This document shows positions 60,801-64,000 of a stretch of DNA of 64,000 nt, piece after piece. The translations under genes were made by a program, and so were the position numbers. The stretch lies in the IMG/VR virus record IMGVR_UViG_3300035501_001058, one strand, 5' to 3'. The notes under the pieces were generated by a model, which was not told where the DNA came from, made no database searches, and saw only the letters and a list, made by a program, of their open reading frames with translations. Source of the DNA: an uncultured virus (IMG/VR IMGVR_UViG_3300035501_001058) (Duplodnaviria; Heunggongvirae; Uroviricota; Caudoviricetes). Position 1 is the stretch's first letter, and every line of letters starts with the position of its first letter.

Positions 60801-62290
60801 AAGGTGAATCTGTTTTGTGTTATAAGATACAACCTAATTTTGTTATAAGTAAATACAATAATGTTACTATCACTAAAACAAAATATGGTGTATTACCTAG
60901 GTTTACAGCTATAACATCAAAGCAATCTGATACAGCTATATATAATGATAATGTTAATGAACTAAGCGCGTTATACAGTACATACTTTCCTACAGTTTCA
61001 CCTATAGTGAAATATAAGGATTCATCTGAAATGTATGGTGTTTCATCTTTTCGTATAAAGAATTTTTATAAGAGTTTATACGATAAAGGAAGTTATTATG
61101 TTAACGGAACAAATATCTCTACTGACGGAAAGACAAAAGTTTCTTTAACTTCTGGTAAAAGTTATAAGACGTACTCAAGTAATAATATACAGGCTATTCC
61201 GTACTTCTATGTACCAGCTTCTAATTTTTATTTCACAAAGGTTAATGATCAATTAATGATGCAGGAAGGTTCCGCAGTAATAGCTTTAACTATGAATAAT
61301 GTGTTCACATCAGGTATCTCTAAGAATGTAATAGACAATATACTTTTTAAAGAGACTAAAACAATAGCAGTTAATTCAATGTTAAATGGACAACAGTTAT
61401 TGATAGATGATGTACTTTATACAAAAACCACAGACAATTCAGGTAACGCTATTTTTATCTCTGAACCAATTACTGATACAAAATTTGCAAATGCATTAAA
61501 AAATGCGGAACAAGATGATGAATTAGGAATTATTAAATCGCACCTATTTGCAGCACAACAAATAACTTGCGAAGGAGTTTCTTACTATCTAAGTTCCTTT
61601 GTAATAGGTGGTACGGTGGGAGATATCTCTAACGCTGAAGATGGTGGCCAAACACTTTATAAGCATGGAGGAAATAAATATATCTATGTGGATAGTACAA
61701 ATCAAACAGTAGATGCTAGTAGCAGTACTGCAAAATCTGTATGTATTGCAATAACATTAGCAGATGGTTTATATGCTAGACCTACTAATGAAAAACAGAA
61801 TACATACATACTGCTGAAAGCTAGTAATGTTACACCTGATAGTAGCATTGATTATATTCCATTCTTTAATGAGAACCTTACTTTCTCTGAAAATGTGGAT
61901 TCTTATGTGAGTGTTACTAATTCTAAATTTAATGCATCTTCTCTGTTCCTTAATGCAAAAACAGGATATAAGAAGATGATGAAAGAGGCTTTTCAGGGTG
62001 ATGTAATAACTGTTATCTGGATGATTATTTTCTACTTCTGTGTTTACATGACAGTGGTTGTTTGGATAATGTACATTATTCTCGGAAAAGGATACGGTTT
62101 AGCTTTCTTCAGAGCAGCAACTATTCCGTCAGGGAAAAATGGATATCTGAAACACGGTTTCGATTTAATAAAAATTTTTACATTTGGTACTTATAATATT
62201 GATTCAATGCCAACACTAGCGCGAACTATGATAACAAGTTTTATCACTTTTTTCATTTCATACGCTATTGTATTTTGGCAGCCTTTTTAG
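57815..62290 (+). CDS. Very large secreted/membrane-anchored surface protein
   Basis: Signal peptide ending STLA-A; S/T-rich; two C-terminal hydrophobic segments. Confidence 0.85.
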   Translation: MVKRFITIVVAGTLILSSVSTLAASDKIPDEAKNTVNYVNNQYNNIDYKYEVTDESKIDGIPSANNKTLVKNDTGSKNLEDLDTVKSWLISNDIISRPYKLKDGSVTINEYEDTDYCPQTLLWTMLYKAKNGVIESRPLANKTKRTGEYTIDNSTTEVTTEATTEVTIEATTESTTEGATESAIQNTTESKSETISIEPVDATVVQKSKSKKKTTEATTEVVSYTAKDYDVLVSSNVYELYLKELMDQGMIDKSTFNSKNGKKFLSDYKKLSNKKSDDANVAWDNRLKYGTLKTKNVLGYSTSYNTDFNVTEKKPNYFVNEKMYTIGALQIIAKYVRSTEKDMSNLEASIVTYKYGINYKFTVDDEAAQNDIEFLIAKGILDFENPEEFTNLYGEFTYESALKIIYRVANEDARLNFSEVTLTDGESFWLDQGYYEDNMSIVESTSLPQVKTITDDYWNSLLENDPDEVENSDDEDSTESNIGNNFIDDILGLNFSKVSVMAASEMPTFTVVKMFDLSYDYTYKGINIKELSDSNSKPEEFVSYEESSFNGLSANGKTTLAKVTFKVEAKSYDTAVLYVDNNIAIDGYLTSSDMLAYTTINENGEEITLVPATTLQNSLSNISIIEDKVLMNNVTGAQAIILPEQGYALVGNRVVVSDTLMMTDTSDEVYYNLDVICTLLGNTYLSKLTNKQLYVCSSINNEVTATIKSSSGSTLGKAYVVDFLTSTSKKKTTTKKCFNVDNVNYGVNVLTRKFNITVNGNSEDVYFIVNWDYCVPDETALRDMIDNNVFGTSTLTLNDVNEAIYTKPSDKSLALWWDTNLSISNSLANFMYGTTNVEYVKSGYLTPSLTILRDSTVPDSAINSIFTANGFKLDDTGLKYSGSTTNWWETFYGASLIEDSFVKALALSNRTCNVYNSTELNDGFAYGNSYYVTKAGVIYEDFDSAKSISYDVAKKQILISSRKTGEEVESVADNTVFSYGGSEWIYVGAKTMTNSKGESVLCYKIQPNFVISKYNNVTITKTKYGVLPRFTAITSKQSDTAIYNDNVNELSALYSTYFPTVSPIVKYKDSSEMYGVSSFRIKNFYKSLYDKGSYYVNGTNISTDGKTKVSLTSGKSYKTYSSNNIQAIPYFYVPASNFYFTKVNDQLMMQEGSAVIALTMNNVFTSGISKNVIDNILFKETKTIAVNSMLNGQQLLIDDVLYTKTTDNSGNAIFISEPITDTKFANALKNAEQDDELGIIKSHLFAAQQITCEGVSYYLSSFVIGGTVGDISNAEDGGQTLYKHGGNKYIYVDSTNQTVDASSSTAKSVCIAITLADGLYARPTNEKQNTYILLKASNVTPDSSIDYIPFFNENLTFSENVDSYVSVTNSKFNASSLFLNAKTGYKKMMKEAFQGDVITVIWMIIFYFCVYMTVVVWIMYIILGKGYGLAFFRAATIPSGKNGYLKHGFDLIKIFTFGTYNIDSMPTLARTMITSFITFFISYAIVFWQPF
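58275..58480 (+). repeat. Coding low-complexity TTE repeats
   Basis: STTEVTTEATTEVTIEATTESTTEGATE ... TTEATTEV; imperfect 12-bp units. Confidence 0.8.
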
Positions 62291-62305
62291 AAAGGAGGAT
62301 TTTAT

Positions 62306-63430
62306 ATGCAACATGTTTTTGCAGTTACATCTACTGAATTAACTGATTTGTTTTACACGGAAGCTTTTAGCGGCTCCTGGGCAATTTTTTCGAAGTTTAA
62401 TTGGTTAGGTGCTTTAATGCAGTTTATAATTTCTGCATTTTGTTTAATTGGAATTTTTCTTACAATGTATCAATTACTTGTAACTATGCTATACTTAAGT
62501 TCGAGAACATTATTTGATAGAATACATGAATTAAAGCAGGCAGGTAAGGGAGGCAAAGCTTTAGGTTTACCTAATTTATTTAAGGATAGCATAGCAACAG
62601 CTAATAATGGTACAGGATTGGATGCAATATTATCCTTTCTGTTATCATTACTTCCTGACGTTAAAGCATACTCAGATTATAATGAGGGACAGCGTTCATA
62701 CAATTTGCAGGACGATGATACTATTACAACTTACATTTTAAAGAAAGCATTACCTACTATTATGATAGTATTTTTCTTTGCAATGGGATTTAATGGTACA
62801 TTGTTCAGGGCATATGGTATGGTAGTAGATGCTATGGCTACAGCTGCAGAAGAGGTCGTTTCAACAGATTTAACTGCTACTGTTAGCAAATGGATGAATT
62901 CCGGAAAAGCATACAATTTTGCTTACAGTGCTGATGGCACTAATTATGGTGAGTTAAGGCAGAATATTGCTTCTTCAATGTATAATAAAACATTAGCCAA
63001 GACCGATGATTTATCAACTAATGCAAAATTATACATTGGACAGCAGATAGAATCGTGGATTAATAACAATACAGATATTTCTGAAGGAAGCAATAAAGTT
63101 GGCTCTGCTGAAGTGCCTGGTTTTGCTGGTACTGATGCAGATTGTGCTAATTTGCAAGTTTCTGTTGTTATTAATGGTACACAAAAAATTAATAACACAG
63201 AGAATTCTCAGGAGTTAACTGGTCAAGGTATAGCAATGTCAAACTTTGGTATTACTGGTGATAATGCTAATGATTATTATATGCATGTTTTTATTACAAA
63301 GAAGTCTAGTGCGAATGAGACAAACTACTTTAGTGTTGACGAAGACGATGCTACAAACGCTACTAGTAGTGGTGGTAGCTCAAGTAATAACTCTAATAAG
63401 CCAGCATCACAAATAGAAGTAGATGAGTAA
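62306..63430 (+). CDS. Membrane protein with extracellular C-terminal domain
   Basis: Hydrophobic segments in N-half; polar C-half; AAGGAGG RBS. Confidence 0.8.
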   Translation: MQHVFAVTSTELTDLFYTEAFSGSWAIFSKFNWLGALMQFIISAFCLIGIFLTMYQLLVTMLYLSSRTLFDRIHELKQAGKGGKALGLPNLFKDSIATANNGTGLDAILSFLLSLLPDVKAYSDYNEGQRSYNLQDDDTITTYILKKALPTIMIVFFFAMGFNGTLFRAYGMVVDAMATAAEEVVSTDLTATVSKWMNSGKAYNFAYSADGTNYGELRQNIASSMYNKTLAKTDDLSTNAKLYIGQQIESWINNNTDISEGSNKVGSAEVPGFAGTDADCANLQVSVVINGTQKINNTENSQELTGQGIAMSNFGITGDNANDYYMHVFITKKSSANETNYFSVDEDDATNATSSGGSSSNNSNKPASQIEVDE

Positions 63431-63437
63431 TAAACAG

Positions 63438-63472
63438 GAGTACATAGTATAAAAGCTGTGTGCTCTTTTTTT
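63438..63472 (+). terminator. Intrinsic terminator with TATAAAAG loop
   Basis: GAGTACATAG/CTGTGTGCTC stem (2 G-U) then T7. Confidence 0.85.
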
Positions 63473-63503
63473 GTATAGTTCTGCGAATGGAGGTGTAAAA
63501 CAG

Positions 63504-64000
63504 GTGCAGACTAGAAAAATAGTTCTTACTGTCATTTTAATAGTTTGTATGATAATGTCAGATGTAACGCCAAACGTAGTATTAGCTGATGGAAGTTCTA
63601 ATACAGTGGAAACAGATACAGAGATTGCACAATACAAACTTGCTATAACGACAAGAATTTCTGAATTAGAAAGTGGCTTAAATAATGATTTACACAATCA
63701 AGTTGGTTTATTAATGAATTCAAGATATTTAGCTGAATACATGATGTATTATTTACATATATATCGAAATAAAGATGAATTGGGGTTTTCCTCTGCGGAA
63801 ATTTTATATTATGCAAAAAGGTTAAATCAATACATGGGTATTTTTAATGATTCATTTGGTGGTGATAATACTGAATTTGAGTGCTTAAACCTTGATTGTT
63901 TTGATAGTGATGATAATGTTAAATCTTCAAAGATAAAGGATAAATGTGTAAGTAATCTACAAAGTAAGTTACTAAATTATTATCAAAAAATCTTAAGTGA
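63504..64000 (+). CDS. Secreted protein, partial (runs off window end)
   Basis: GGAGGTG then GTG 63504; MQTRKIVLTVILIVCMIMS... signal-like; frame open to 64000. Confidence 0.75.
   Translation, partial: MQTRKIVLTVILIVCMIMSDVTPNVVLADGSSNTVETDTEIAQYKLAITTRISELESGLNNDLHNQVGLLMNSRYLAEYMMYYLHIYRNKDELGFSSAEILYYAKRLNQYMGIFNDSFGGDNTEFECLNLDCFDSDDNVKSSKIKDKCVSNLQSKLLNYYQKILS

Noticed and set aside
15849..63472. Conserved-loop hairpins as a MITE/REP repeat family
   Set aside because: Outer stem sequences differ, so they are not copies of one element; only the loop and closing pairs are shared.
1740..63697. Minus-strand ORFs and short alternate-frame + ORFs in the ORF track
   Set aside because: They overlap long + strand genes, show no recognisable motifs, and look like shadows of the coding strand.
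1..64000. Prophage/virion module, integrase, transposase, tRNA, rRNA, CRISPR array
   Set aside because: No supporting motifs seen; intergenic gaps are short. Highly divergent virion genes among the hypotheticals cannot be excluded without structure searches.

Overview
AT-rich, densely coding 64-kb window. Every credible gene (~55) is on the + strand, with Firmicutes-type RBSs (AGGAGG/GGAGGTG) and many overlapping stop/start junctions. There are no rRNA, tRNA, ribosomal or metabolic genes, and I recognised no capsid, terminase, tail or integrase genes. The content fits the backbone of a giant extrachromosomal element (megaplasmid or jumbo-phage-like) of a low-GC Gram-positive host; this is inference. 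It encodes a divergent, largely self-contained replication/repair set: two family-A DNA polymerases, separate 5'-3' and DEDDh 3'-5' exonucleases, DnaX and HolA-like clamp-loader subunits, a possible sliding clamp, a Toprim-only primase, a stand-alone C-terminal half of NAD-ligase, a split SbcC around SbcD, UvrD and RecJ. It also carries an RNA polymerase alpha-NTD homolog, a type VII-like module (FtsK ATPase plus two WXG100-sized helical proteins), a PilB-like ATPase cluster, an M23 peptidase and large surface proteins. Signals read directly from sequence: (i) terminator-like hairpins with mostly different stems but a conserved 8-nt loop TAYAAAAG, (ii) a recurring peptide motif [ILV]xxM[NT]xF in termini/linkers of several unrelated proteins, and (iii) a recurring acidic DDLLxLL motif. 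All family calls are by motif recognition by eye, not database search.
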